A stretch of DNA of 64,000 nt, from contig NEEC01000008.1 in the NCBI GenBank assembly GCA_002189035.1, forward strand, positions 1,488,001-1,552,000, in the 5' to 3' direction. Within the stretch, counting starts at the first letter, position 1. Every line of letters begins with the position of its first letter. The notes below the pieces were generated by a model. The model did no database searches, was not told the origin of the DNA, and saw only the letters and a program-made list of their open reading frames with translations. Origin of the DNA: Utricularia gibba. Taxonomy: Eukaryota > Plantae > Magnoliophyta. A program made the translations under genes and the position numbers. Of the stretch, positions 39,315 through 52,632 are shown piece after piece.

Positions 39315-41084
39315 ATGGGTGGTGGAGGAGCGCCGTGGAAGTGCAAAAGGGCGGCCAGAAAGCTGTTCTTGCGAACTTGCGCCTCACTCTGCCGAGACCC
39401 TGCTGATGGAGCCGTTGCTGTACCTGTAAGTCCCTTACGAGTTTCTTGGCCGCGTGTCTGTTTGGTTCTTTTTTCTTCTGGATTTTGTTCTTGATTTGAT
39501 CTTGGATGCGTTGCATTATTCACCCAGTTTCCAGACTTCACAGGGAAATCAGAAGGGGGTCATATCTTGCCAGATGACTCCATCAGAAGTTTGTGGGTCA
39601 GCCAATCCCAGTATCAGTCCTGGTAATAAGGTATTCTTTCGCCATGTTTCTTGTTTCTGCTTTCAAGATTGAAGCTTGTCATGGAGTTTTTTCTCTACTT
39701 CGAAGATTGAATGAAGGTTAATTTGATGGCCGAGTTTGTTTCCTGTGTGGTGTTTCTACAGAGTTTGTGTACAATTTGTCTAGATCCTCTGAACTACAGC
39801 TCCGGTGGGAGCCCCGGGAAAGCGATATTCACTGCGCAGTGCTCGCATGCCTTCCATTTTGACTGCATCTCGTCCAATGTTCAGCACGGTAGCATTACTT
39901 GCCCCGTCTGTCGTGCTGAATGGACTCAGCTACCTCGCACCCTCCGTTTCCGCTGTTCTGCCCCTTCCAACAAAGCCGACCCTGTTCTTCAGATCCTTGA
40001 CGATTCCATTGCCAATTCTCGGTTACACAGACGATCGTTCCTCCGTGCAGCTCGCTACGATGATGATGATCCCGTTGATTCTGATCAGGACAGTGATCAA
40101 CCCCGTCTGCAGTTTCTTGTTACTGGCCCTTGGCGTCACCATTCCCGCAGCATAAGTCTTGACTCTAGAGAGGGCTCAGGCCATTGTTCTGGCTCTTCAT
40201 CTAGAGCAGGATCTCCTCTCGCTGTAAAGGACTTTTGGGGCGAGGCACCGTTTCTCTGTCCTAGTAACGTTGCCTATCTTCGTGTGATGCTTGGTTGCCG
40301 GCCTTCGACCGATCTGGTTCTCGTTGCTTGCCCCGACGGACCACATCTCCGGATGATGAAGCAGGCAATGGCATTAGCTGTTTTCTCCCTCGAGTCAGGT
40401 GATCGTCTAGCCATTGTCACCCACTCTTCTGCTGCTGCCAGAGTCTTCCCTCTTCGGCGAATGACTCCATTGGGGAAGAAAGCCGCGCTGCAGGCAATAG
40501 ATAGATTGTTCTACTGCGGACAAGTTGATCCAAATGAGGGGCTACAAAAGGGAGTAAAGATACTCACCGATCGTATCCATCTGAATGCTCAATCCTGCAT
40601 CCTGCACCTGACAAACAGCTCAACCAGGTCATATCACCTCCCAGCCATCGCCGCAGGTGATGGTCAGATCAGCGTGCATCGGTTTCATCTCGCATCCGGT
40701 TTCGGAGCTCCCATGGGGCTCACACTGCATGAATTTGAGGATTCTCTGAGGGAAATGCTGAGCGGCACCATCCGAGACATCCAGTTGAGGGTTGAAGGAA
40801 GCTGCGGGATAATTCAGATCACAGAACTGAGAGGTGGCGAGGAGCAGCAGGTCCCGATTTATGCACACGCAGGCTGGCCTTTGCATGTGTCCTACAGTTA
40901 CACGGACACTGCAGACGGCGGATGTGTTAGAGTTGGGGAAGCTCTGGTGGGCTTCGCAGAAGGGAGTGAAAATGCGGATGTTGCAGCGGTTGCCGGAAGG
41001 ACCAGCTCCGGCGAGAACTGGGAATACTACGATTCCTCCATGGCCAGAAGATGGGCTAAGCATTTGCATGGACATCGGCCGTAG
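39315..41084 (+). CDS. RING-H2 + vWA-like domain E3 ligase (WAV3/EDA40-related), 3 exons
   Basis: Exon 1 MGGGGAPWKCKRAARK, exon 2 TSQGNQ...PGNK, exon 3 SLCTICLDPL...AIFTAQCSHAFHFDCISSNVQHGSITCPVCRAEW; vWA-like STDLVLVA...DRLAIVTHSSAAARVFPLRRMT; ends MARRWAKHLHG. Confidence 0.85.
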
Positions 41085-41518
41085 TGCGTTTGCTCGCATT
41101 CCACACACATGTCATTCTTTTCCTGATGAAGAGGTGTGCTTATGGCAGAAAAAACTTGTTACATTCCTCTGATGAAATGAGAAGCTAATAAGCAACCACC
41201 CATGTCGCCTGCCTGTAGTTCAAAGAATCTAAAAACTTGAGACACCACACAGTAACCCCCTGAAACAAGCAAGCAAAATTAGCTGCTAATGTTGATGATG
41301 CACTGCGAAGTTTATTGTAAACTGGTTGGGTTGTATCAGGGTGAGTAACCTATGGTAAATGCATTTTCACTACGCAGTGAAAAATGCAAGGACAGGGTAC
41401 TTGGAGGTTATGGTCGCCATCAAAAAGCGCCTCTGGACCAGAGAACAAAGCTTAATACCAGCTCCAAATTGCTTGTAGAGTAGAGCAGAAGAAGACAGTT
41501 GATCCGGGCATCACCTAC

Positions 41519-43138
41519 CTGTCTCATCACCATCACTGCCTTCAGACGTAAAAAAGGGGATCAGGAAGTTTTTGCATAGGGCCGTGAACCACGGGCTGCT
41601 ATAAAACACAGCAATAAAACTATAGTTAGTTAAAGAACTCCGTAGTTACAAACAGAAACTCTGATTATCCAACCCACCTTTTGCTTAACTCTTTTTGAGA
41701 TTTATCTTGAAAGGGTTTCCTGAAAAAGGCTGCTGACAATCATCTGTAGGACGCGTATACCCATTAGTTGCTTCCGAGATCTGGAAAAAAGGGGCAAAAT
41801 CTAGGTAACGTGATGTGATACACCACCAAGGAAATTCTGTGGCATGAATGTGTGCTTCAACAATGGGGATATGTGGACAAGCCCTCAGGGTCAACCAAAT
41901 CTAGGCAAACTTTGATGAATGTAAGTACTCCCAGCACAGGGAATATGGTTTGCAGTTCATTTATTTATATGCATGCATCAGATCACTATTTAGAAACGAA
42001 GTTAGTTATAAACAGCCTGGTGTTACAGTCAAAACCATTATTGCAGTTGTAGGAGTGAACATCTTTTGATCATTGCTTTCTGGGAGATCATGAACTGATT
42101 GAAGAGCTACTGCAAAAGATCTTGTGATCTTTTAATGAGCATGAGTTGACATGATACCATGAGATCAGAAGTGAAGGGCAGCTGTATCTGATGGGAAAAG
42201 AACAAACGGACACAGAAATCTGATCACAACCCCGACGAAGTTTTGTCCAGATGACATATGCCTCCTCACCATGGACATTGTCCTATAGAAACCAGGAATA
42301 AGTCACTGGAGGCTTCTACAAGTAAATGATCAATATTGTAAAAAAGGGACAAACCTGTACAACGATATTATCATCTTCAGAAATTTAACCAGAGAATCCA
42401 GCAAACAAAATCAGAGCATCAATATATGACAAGAAAAGCGCATCAACATTTTTCAAATGTACGGGAAAGGCATGTGTAAAAAGCTATTGACTCAAAGCGT
42501 CATTCAGCTCAGATCCACCAAAGACTAATGCATAGAGATTCACATCAGTACCAAGCTCCTAGAAATAACACGGGGGAGACCAAGAAAAATGTAATAGGTG
42601 GTAAGTACAAGGATGTAAGACTGCGTCTCTGTTCATGTAAGTATTATACTTATTCATCAGACTTTGAAGGAGCACCACAGTCTTGAGCTTAAACACCCAT
42701 TAAACTATATAAGAAAATGCACTACCAAGTTTACGCCATTATTAAGTCAAGTCTACATGCAGAAACCAGGAATTCAAATTTAAGAGAAGCAGAATGAAGA
42801 TTATTACATGAAGCGTGGTGTAGAATAAATTCTGTTGTGAGGATAATTGTAAACTTGTGTACACAGTCTGTTTATGAATAAAGCACATGAGGTAAAATGA
42901 ACATGATTGTGGTCACATGAAATATAGACAGTACAGTGACAGGATCTGTAGCTGATATGAGAGCACCAAACATCAGACACTCCAGCTGGGTACCAGTAAT
43001 GATATGTACACCACTCAACATTTCTCCAGAGAACAGAGGAATGATGCTCACACCAAAACTCCTCTGGCGATAGATGCATCAAACGCTCCAAAGATAGCAA
43101 AATATTACAATGACCCCAAAGTTTTGAAGGAATGGCTT
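41519..43138 (-). pseudogene. NHX6: Endosomal Na+/H+ exchanger NHX5/NHX6 pseudogene (exon-intron relic)
   Basis: Exon relics KPFLQNFGVIV..*..ECLMFGALISATDPVTVLSIFH (43138-42917), ELGTDVNLYALVFGGSELNDA (42558-42496, donor mutated to TT), MIISLYR (42374-42355), [37 protein letters not shown]...[26 protein letters not shown]. Confidence 0.9.
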
Positions 43139-43840
43139 CTGAGAAATCAAATAAAAAAGAAAGGATCATATCAACATTCAAATAAATAAGAAAGAAGACC
43201 AAAACTTTCAGTGGTAATCATGTTTGATGTCAGCATCTCACAGCAGGCGCATGCAGGTGATGGGGAGAGGATGATAGCCACAATGCAATTGTAAATGCAA
43301 CATTCAATCCCCTGACCTCTCTATCATACCCTCCAGACACACAGACACCGTTCACGCAGGGTAATAGGTCCATTCACAGGTAAAAGCTTAGCCTCATATG
43401 ATGGCATAGCACCAAATTTTGCACCATTGGCACTACATGAAAAAAGGCCAAGAAAGCCAACAAGTAACTTCCTAGAATGAAATTCCGTACATCAACCCAA
43501 AAAGTATTTTAAAACAAACTGCATGAACTCCCATCTTTAAAACACATCAATCTGTGGGCAACTCTAAAGAGCAGAGCAGACCAGGCACGTTGACCTAAGG
43601 GCTAAGTGTTGAGGGCCGGGCTCATAATGGGCCGACACATGGGGCCCATGTGCTTGCTAATGCTTTCCACACAATTCCTGGACCTAGTCTGTTGTGCATG
43701 CAATATTAAAAAAATATAAATATTTTTACAAAATATTGCAACGTTGTACTGGTACGATGACCCCCTGGTTGTCGGATAAGATAAGATCCCTTGTTAACAC
43801 GCGCTGCGAAAACTCCATCTCCCTCCTTTCTTGATCATGT

Positions 43841-44299
43841 TTTCTCCACCCCACGGACGAGCAGCCGGTCGCCGACTACAAAATCACGGGCGGAGAAATC
43901 GTAATCTCTGAAAATCTGAACCATGGGAGGCACCAGGCCACTGATTTGCCGATCAGGGATTTGGAATGCTACTTTTATATTCCTCGCGATCGGAAGTTCC
44001 TGACCGGTTCGCCGACGATGTCCGGTTACTGGAATGCCACCGGTAAAAAGATAGGAATCCGAACCGATTGGGTGATCCTCGAGGACCGCCTGGCCGCCGA
44101 TTCTCCCTCCCTCCTTTTCGATTTCATATTATTCCAGAAACAAATAACTCGATTTTAATGTTCTTTTCCAGTTTCTGTTCAGGATTCTTATGTTCTCTGC
44201 CGGGTTGATAACAACACATGCAGTAACCAAAGGCGCCGCCCAGGTAGTGAAAACGGCCGGAACGACAACCACCGCCGCCCCGGAAATGGGTTCCAGTGA
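43841..44299 (+). pseudogene. Collapsed NAC-domain transcription factor pseudogene
   Basis: F-HPTDEQPVADY..KITG, EPWEAPGH*, LPIRDLECYFYIPRDRKF..SGYWNATGK, RTDWVILEDRL, cag|DSYVLCRV: NAC subdomains A-E in order with frameshifts, a stop and deletions. Confidence 0.82.
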
Positions 44300-45208
44300 T
44301 TCTCGCCTTTCACGCCGGTGAACATCAACATAAATAAATCTCACCCCAACGTTCAACTAGTCGGCCCCAGGAAGTATCCCTCTTCAACATGATCATCATT
44401 TTATCTTTCTGTAAAGCTTCCCGGTCGGGGAGCCCATTCGCTTTCTTCTCCTTCTTCGCTCTTCTCCATCACTTCTTTTGACTCCCTGAATCCTCTTTCC
44501 CCCATACTTCTGCGATGTTTTCACCTCCGGATTTTCTGCTACCCCTTCAAAAAAAAAAAAAAAACTCTTCTTTTAATCAAGCGTGCTTCCTGGTCACAAT
44601 GATTCCACTTACAGTAAAAAAAAATTTACCAAGAAACATAGCTTGATGTTGTGGATTTACTATAATTATTTTTACTATTGGTTACAGGATTGGGGTAAAG
44701 AAGTCGAGTGAATTTTATATTTTTAAAATATTTTATTCTGTATATGATAATTGGTAAAATAAAATTTGAGAGGAGGAGAGAGGAAAGGGCATGGGGACCA
44801 CACACAACTCCAATCCCGATACCCACAGTATACGTACATGTGACGTCATTTTTTATTATATATTTTATTTAGTTTATTTGTAGGGAAATTCTAGGGGAAT
44901 AAATGAATGGGGCATGATGCGTTGAAACACACTCCACATCAATCATTTAAGAGAGGGGGATAGGGGCGGAATTGCAAATAAAGAAAACCTCGGGGAGGCA
45001 ACTGAAAATATTTGGTGAGATGTAAACGTTGTTGAGGTTGAAGGGAGTCCCCCTCTGCGGTTGGGAAGATGGGCTGTCCCTTTTGTCTCTTGCTCCCACA
45101 AGCTTCCATCCCCCGATTTCCTGCCCTGTAAATCTCGCCCACTCACACCAAGGTTCAACAGAAATTCCACTCGCGGAGAACTTTCTTCAATTTCCGCTAT
45201 CTTCGAAA

Positions 45209-46818
45209 ATGTCGTCCGCCAGTTTTAGGAGGAAACAGCGGTGGTCGCCGCAGCCATTGACGCCGTTGATGGAGGGTCCTGACATGGGAATGGAGGATTC
45301 CGAGGGGAGTAAGAAGGAGAGTTCCTGGGATTTGATTAGGGATTGGTTTAAAATGCAGAGGATTGTTCCTGGAAGTGGAGGTGGTGGGAGCAGTTCTTCT
45401 TCCCCGGTGTCGTCGGTGCAGGGTAGTGCTAAAGCTCAGGATTTGAGGCTTCTACTCGGTGTTCTTGGTTGCCCACTTGCTCCGATTCCGATTCCGAAGA
45501 AACCCATTTCCATTGCACACATTAAGGATGTCCCCATTGTGAGTATAGCACATTCCCATTGTGGGCTGATTTGGGTTTCTCTCCCATTCTTCTCACTTGA
45601 TTTACTTCGGATTCTTCATATTGTTCTTTTGAGATGTTCACAGGAAGCTTCCACTGCCCACTACATAATTCAGCAGTACTTAGCGGCAACGAGGTGCTCG
45701 AAGCACGACGCCGGCGCTAAGAGTATGTACTGTACAGGGACGGTGAAGTTGGTTCGGTGCGAAACCGAGATCTCCACGGGCAAAAACGTGAGGACATTGG
45801 GATCGAGAAGCAGTGAGAATGGGTGTTTCGTTCTCTGGCAAATGTCTCCCGGAATGTGGTCCCTGGAACTTGCCGTCGCCGGTCACAAAGTCGTCGCCGG
45901 CAGCGATGGCAAGATCGTGTGGCGCCACACGCCATGGCTCGGCGCTCACGCCGCTAAAGGCCCCCAGCGCCCCCTCCGCCGCATCATTCAGGTAGCCCCC
46001 GTTGGAAGTAACTGTTCACACTTTCGGTACTGTTCAGTTTGATTAAAAAGACAGGTGCTTGATAAAATGGAGATTATTTCATTAATTAATTAACTAATTA
46101 ATGTCTTGGGAAATCTGCACCGTCCACTGATCTCAGATCCGGACGGCTGAGATCGTACCATTTTTCCTTCCCTTCTTGGGATCGTCGAAGAAACAGACAC
46201 TTTAAAGTGCACGAAGCATATTTTGTTTTTACATGCTTTTGAGCTGCTTTCAAATTTCATTATCCGCTTTTACTTTTTTTTAATCTGATCAATTAATCTG
46301 TGCCGTTGGATGGAAAAAAGGGATTAGATCCACGGAGCACAGCAAGCCTGTTCGCGAAAGCGCAGTGCCTGGGGGAGAAGCCGATCGGGGACGACGCCTG
46401 CTTCGTACTCAAAGTGACGGCAGATCGGGCGGCGGTGATGGAACGGAACGAAGGCCCGGCGGAGGTGATACGCCACGTGTTATACGGATACTTCAGCCAG
46501 AAGAGTGGTCTTCTGATCTATATGGAGGATTCGCATCTCACGAGAGTTCATTCCGCGGAGAACGACGCCGTTTACTGGGAGACGACGATCGGGAGTAGCA
46601 TCGGGGAGTACCGCGACGTCGACGGCGTGATGATCGGACACCAAGGGAGGACGGTGGCGACGGTGTTCCGATTCGGTGAGACATCGATGCATCATAGCAG
46701 GACGCGGATGGAGGAGATCTGGAGCATAAACGACATCGTTTTTAATGTACCGGGGCTCTCGTCGGACTCCTTTATTCCGCCGGCCGAAATCCTGGAGGCG
46801 GCGTCGGCATCCCCTTAA
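45209..46818 (+). CDS. DUF620 family protein, 3 exons
   Basis: DLRLLLGVLGCPLAPIP...DVPI|EASTAHYIIQQYLAAT, GCFVLWQM.PGMWSLEL.VAG.KV.AGSDGKIVWRHTPWLGAHAAKGPQRPLRRIIQ|GLDPRSTASLF, WSINDIVFNVPGLSSDSFIPP. Confidence 0.92.
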
Positions 46819-47125
46819 ATAAAAAATATATATATTAAGTTGCAATATTTTTCTTTCTATTCCTAAAAATCTCCCCCCCTTCATATCTGGCCCTCTTTCC
46901 TTTTTTAGACATGCGACACAACGGCCCAGCCCATTTCATTACCCAGGCCCAGACAGTACGTGGCCGGTTTTGGTTGGTTGCCAGAATTCACAGAACACGA
47001 AGAGAAAACTTCACAGTTACAGTCACCATCGACATGGGTAGCTTTAACGATCTCTCCAGCCGTCGATATCATTGATCTTAGGGGTCTGTGGAGATCCAAA
47101 TTGACGGTCAGATGAGAAGAGCTGC

Positions 47126-50100
47126 TCAGCTGATGTTCCCTTGGCAGATGTATTTGATCTGTGGGGGAAAAGAAGCAAGCTATAGATCAGTAAACCTTTG
47201 AGTTTCATGAACATTTCTGTGTTTTTGCTGTGAAATGAGGAGGATGAGTTGAGTTATGTGCATACTTCAAGATACTCATCCAACCCGTATTTAGATCCTT
47301 CACGGCCAAGGCCTGATTGTTTCATGCCCCGAGGGGAGCCATCTGCATGGCATGGAGTGATCGTCAATGAAGAGATGCTAGAAAAGTGAAGAAGAAAGAA
47401 ATTAACCTCCATGGTAACTATTGCTTCATTGACTCCCACAATCCCATATTCAAGAGCTTCAGGCACACGCCATGAGCGTTGGGTGTTGGTTGTGAAAACA
47501 TATGCAGCCAGACCTACAGGAGAGAGCATATCTCGATGAAAGATGATCCTTTTCAAGCACTGGTTAACTAGTAACAGCTTGAGCATGCATGTTTTCTGAA
47601 ACAGTAGTTTCATTTGCATATTAAGAGTCAGATAGGATCGATCTTTCACATGGCAGCCATGTATCTTGCTCATTGCACCATATGTACTAGGAAGGGAAAG
47701 GGTTTTGATAGATCAAGGTTCATAAGAACCTGCATTAGTGTCGTTGGCGATACGGATAGCTTCCTCTTCAGTTTTGAACTTCACAAGCGGTGCAACTGGT
47801 CCAAAAATCTCCTCCCTGGATAGGAAAGGTGGCAACTTGGAATGAGATCAGAATTTCATCTACTCTTGGACAACAATTTTCCTATGGCCGAGGTGAATAT
47901 TGTCCAATAAGTGAATGCATACGTTGATAAAATTTCCAGACAGAGATTACCTTGACAGAAGCATGTCGCTTTTGATATCGGTTATCACTGTAGGCTCATA
48001 GAATGTCATCCCAAGACTGTGCCTCTTCCCCCTGTAATGACTTTTGCACCCTTTAACCAAAGAGGCCACCATTACTATCACAACAAAGCCTTACAGTGGA
48101 AGAGATCTTTTGCAATCTTGTGTGAATTTTGACTAAACGTGTGAATATTGGCCCATTTTATATAAACATTTCACTCTGTCACGAAATCAGTATTTTAGCA
48201 CTAACTTTATGGAGACAAATGAGCTAACCTTTGAAACGGCATCTTGCACAAATCTTTCAACCTGAGGAACATTTCTGGAAAAATTCAGCTTTAGGCATCA
48301 ATAATCTTGCATTCAAGGAATCCAGGGTGTGTTTAGATCGAATGACCTTGTGTAATGCAGCATCATTAATCAAAGGGCCCTGAGTAAAATAAAAATTGAA
48401 CATCAAGCACCGCCTACAGGTTCACTACTAGAAGTTATGGAGATGGATATACAGTAAATTATCTGCCCTCCCTGAACTCAGGATACCTGTTCCACACAGT
48501 CATCAAATCCACCCCCAACTTTCATGCTCTCGACAGCAGTGGCAAAGGCATTTGCAAATTTCTCATATATTCCTACATTCAGTGGTTAACAGGATCAAAA
48601 ATAAAAGGCACAAAGCGACAGGAGCTAGAATTACCAGAACTTGCAGCATACCTTCTTGCACTAGCACTCTGTTTGCACAAACACATGTTTGCCCAGTATT
48701 CCGAAATTTGGTTGCTAGCTGCAATTCCAGTTTTATCACTTGCAGAATTTCCATAACCAGAGAGCAAGAATAACAAACTAAAACAGAGCAACAAACATGT
48801 TTCCAAGAATAAAAATAAAATAAAATAAAACATAGTAACGACTCCTTGATTTTTCCATTTCAGAGTATCCTAAACACTATACTATCGGACTGTTCATGAC
48901 TGTAAAAAGAAAGTCAATCAAAAGTGGTGGCTTATGTTTAGGAATTAGAGATGCAATGGGAAAATTATCATACAGGTCCTAACACAAGGACTGGAATAAC
49001 AAGGAAATAATCAGAGTGACTTACAGTTCCCCTTATAGCAAGATCAAGATCTGCATCATCAAAAATAATGCATGGTGCATTGCCACCAAGTTCAAGGGAC
49101 ACCTAACATGATAATAAAAAGAAGATTCACAAGCCTGAAATTCTAAAGATGCAGTTCTAATCTAACCTTTTTAACTGTTGATGAAGCTCCGCTCATTATC
49201 TTTTTTCCAACAGCTGTAGAACCTGTGAAAGTAATCGCTCTCACCTATGAAATTAAATACATATTCTTCCTGTTAGGGGACTTTTGAAATGGAAATATAC
49301 AATATGCCTGTTATATTTCGAGAACCTGAGTGCTCGCAAGCAAAGCTTCTCCAATCTGAGGTGCATCTCCCATTACAACATTAATTGCTCCCTGTTTTGG
49401 GAGACAAAAAAGGTGAAGTGATAATCATCCTTGGTCAGCCATGTCCTCTTGGTAATAAAAGCTCAGGCTACACACATAATTTGCAGCTTCCACCTAAAAC
49501 AAAATATCAGCTACATTCAACCAGACACTACTGGACACATATTTTCCCATAACAAGAACCGGTTATCAGATGGTTGTGGATAGCTCAAGCCACAGTGCTC
49601 TCTTACTCCTGATAACTTTAAAACCAATTTCAGAGATGTCCCATTTCCCAAATGTGTGCAACTCAGTATCTGCATGATTCATTAAGGTATCAGACTGAAG
49701 GAGACCAGAATTTACCGGTGGCATCCCTGCTTCAATGGAAAGTTCAGCCGCAACTAATGCTGTCAATGGTGTATATTCCGAAGGTTTAACCACAACAGTG
49801 CATCCGCAAGCAAGGGCAGGGGCAACCTGGCTTATGTTGCTATGTAAGTAACAACGAAACCATATCTCACAAACTTGAGATACAACAGTTCACTGACCTT
49901 GCGTGTAATCATTGCCAAAGGGAAGTTCCATGGTGTAATTGCACCAACAACACCAACTGGCTGCAAGAGAATTTTCCGTTTTTACTTTTTTTAAGCCAAA
50001 CATAGGCAATCAAAGTAAAGAAAATACAGATGGGAAGAAAATGAAGAAAATATGAACTAAAGAAGCAATGCACAGGAACGTGAGATGGGAATGTAAAATA

Positions 50101-51538
50101 ATGATGTTGGAAACATCTTCAAACACACCTTCACCACCACAGGACCCCTTGGATTTAGTCAATTTAGTTTCACTAAGAGTTTGCAGTCATGAAAAGTCAG
50201 GCTTACTACTCATCTACAGAACAATTAGCATTTTTTAACTCCAGGTATAAGGTGGCATTATTGTTCTTTTGACATGGTAGTGTGAAAACGAGGGTTCGAT
50301 TTTGTCATTCTAGATAGGATCATCAATTCCAAAAGTTCTTCTTAAGTCTTAACCTGCTTCAGGACAAACAAACGGCGGTCGGAGAATGTTGCAGGGATGA
50401 CGTCACCATAAATTCGCTTAGCCTCCTCAGCATAGAACTCTATGAAACTCGCACCAAAGTTAACCTGTGATTGCATGCATCCCCAAAAATCCTCCAACAA
50501 AAATAGAAACACTGATAACCTTACAGTAATAAGGAACTAATTCACCTCGCCAATGGCCTCTTTTAAAGGCTTTCCCTGCTCTAAGGTTATCAGCTTCCCA
50601 AGTTCTTCCCTCCGGCTAATTATCAAATCATACCATTTCCTAAGGCACTTGCTTCTTTCAGCAGCAGCGAGCTTGCTCCAAGCTTTAGTTACAGCATGCA
50701 GTCAATTGGATTCAGCAAAGACATCCTCTCATTTTATGAGTGAGTATTGGCATGCAAGGAAGGGCGTACGAAAAAAACCATCTACAATCGTAAAGATAGG
50801 ACATACTCACCAGCAAATGCTTCATGAGCTGATGCAATAGCATCATTTGTCTCCTTGCTGCCCATACAAGAGACACTCGTTATGAGCTCCCGGTCGCGGG
50901 ATTAACAACCTACCACAACAGTGGAGCAATGAAGGTACCACAGAAAAGACTATCTTTTTCAATAGCCTTCTTATACAATGAGAATCGAACCTCGAGAGTT
51001 TTCCCATCGTATGCATCAACAAATTTTCCCCCAATAAAACCTTGACTTTGTATCAACCCTGCACTCTTTAGACGTTCTGCAACGAGTTTTGACTCTGTAG
51101 ACATCTGCAGTAAAGTAAACATAACCACACTACACAAAAAATCAAGAAAAATAGCTACACTGAATCTAAAAGATTCTGTGAGTTAAAATCTCCACATAAT
51201 CGATTCTTAAGCCATCAGCCATTTTGATAAACAACCCAGTAACTAAATCTCAAAGATTACATGCATAAACCAATCGCCAAAGTCACACGTTCTCCGATCA
51301 ACATTGGATCACAAGCCAAACAGAGTAAAATAATGCATTTCCCGATCAACTGTGATCACCGAAAAGACATAGCATTACACCCGCCAGCATAGAGTAACTG
51401 TGCGAGTCAAACCCCCGTCACCCAATCAAAATACACCCAGAAAATAACCTGACGGGAAAATATAGCAGCCTTGACGGTGCAGTGATAACGATATGCTGCG
51501 AATCTAGGAAAGAGGGAACTGCAACGGGTGAAGGCCAT
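47126..51538 (-). CDS. SSADH: Mitochondrial succinate-semialdehyde dehydrogenase (ALDH5F1), about 20 exons, three apparent -1 frameshifts
   Basis: Transit peptide [17 protein letters not shown]...SRQ|MSTES; [85 protein letters not shown]|IKYIC. Confidence 0.95.
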
Positions 51539-52632
51539 TCCGAGAAACGCCGCGCCGGGCAATCTTCACTATGCAGAGCCACTTTGAGCCGCAAGTAAGC
51601 ATCCTGCACCTGCAACTTGTATCCAAGGAGTAATCATTCAAAAATTGACATTTGACAACAGAGAATTATTGAAAGTGAATGTTGTTAAAGACAACAACAA
51701 AAAATTGTTAGATAATTTTATTTTACATTTTTAAAATTAAAAATTATTTTTATTTGTTTTACATGTTGCACACTTTTATCATTTTCAAAATTAAAAACAT
51801 CAATACATTTCTTATTTTCATTTTTAAAAAATCTTAAAAAAATGTGAGTAAAATAATTTTAATTATAAATTTAATTATCTAAATCACATTTGTTAATAAA
51901 AACATTTTTTTTAATTTATCATGTAATCAGTAAATACAAAATTCTTTTAATGAAAACACCAAATTTTTGAAAAAACTAAATTTAAATTTTATTATTTTCT
52001 CTCAAATAGAAAATATTTGAACATGATTTATCATGTTATTAGTAAATAATGAATCAAATTTTATATTAATAAAAATATTTTTGGATTTGTAAAAAGAACT
52101 TGTAAAGAAGTGTCATGTGTTTAACATTTATCACCTATTTATTTAAAGGTATATGATTATGTTATTACAAATTTATTTTTAAGAATTATTTATAATAAAA
52201 TGAAAGATTAATAAAAATAATAAATATTGTTTAATGTTATTTTTAAAAAGATTAAAAAATATTATATGTAGTAACTAAATTATTTTTACAATATTTTTTT
52301 TCTAAAAACAATTGTTTATAGCAAATACTTAAATCTTAATATACAATTTACCATTCCTCACAAAACAATATTCAATTTTAAAAAATATGAAATGAATTAC
52401 ACAGCACTATTTGGACAAGTTGCTCCAAAAATTGGATTGCCTATTAAATTTATTAAATATTATTTACCACTTATTAACATTTAGGGAATGCAATATCCAA
52501 TATGTACATGTACATCTAATTTTGTGTAACCCGAACCCAAACCGGATCCGGAATCGGAACCCGGTCCATAACCAATTTAAATGACGTTCGACCAACAACC
52601 CAAAATTTGCTCTTGGCCTCTGAATCCAGCTT

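Noticed and set aside
38813-39541. 242-aa minus-strand ORF
   Set aside because: Antisense to the RING-vWA 5' region, alternative start codon, no recognisable motif
43841-44299. NAC relic as a SOMBRERO ortholog, given neighbouring synteny
   Set aside because: Motifs (RDLECYF..PRDRK, DSYVLCRV) fit a different NAC clade than the recalled SMB sequence
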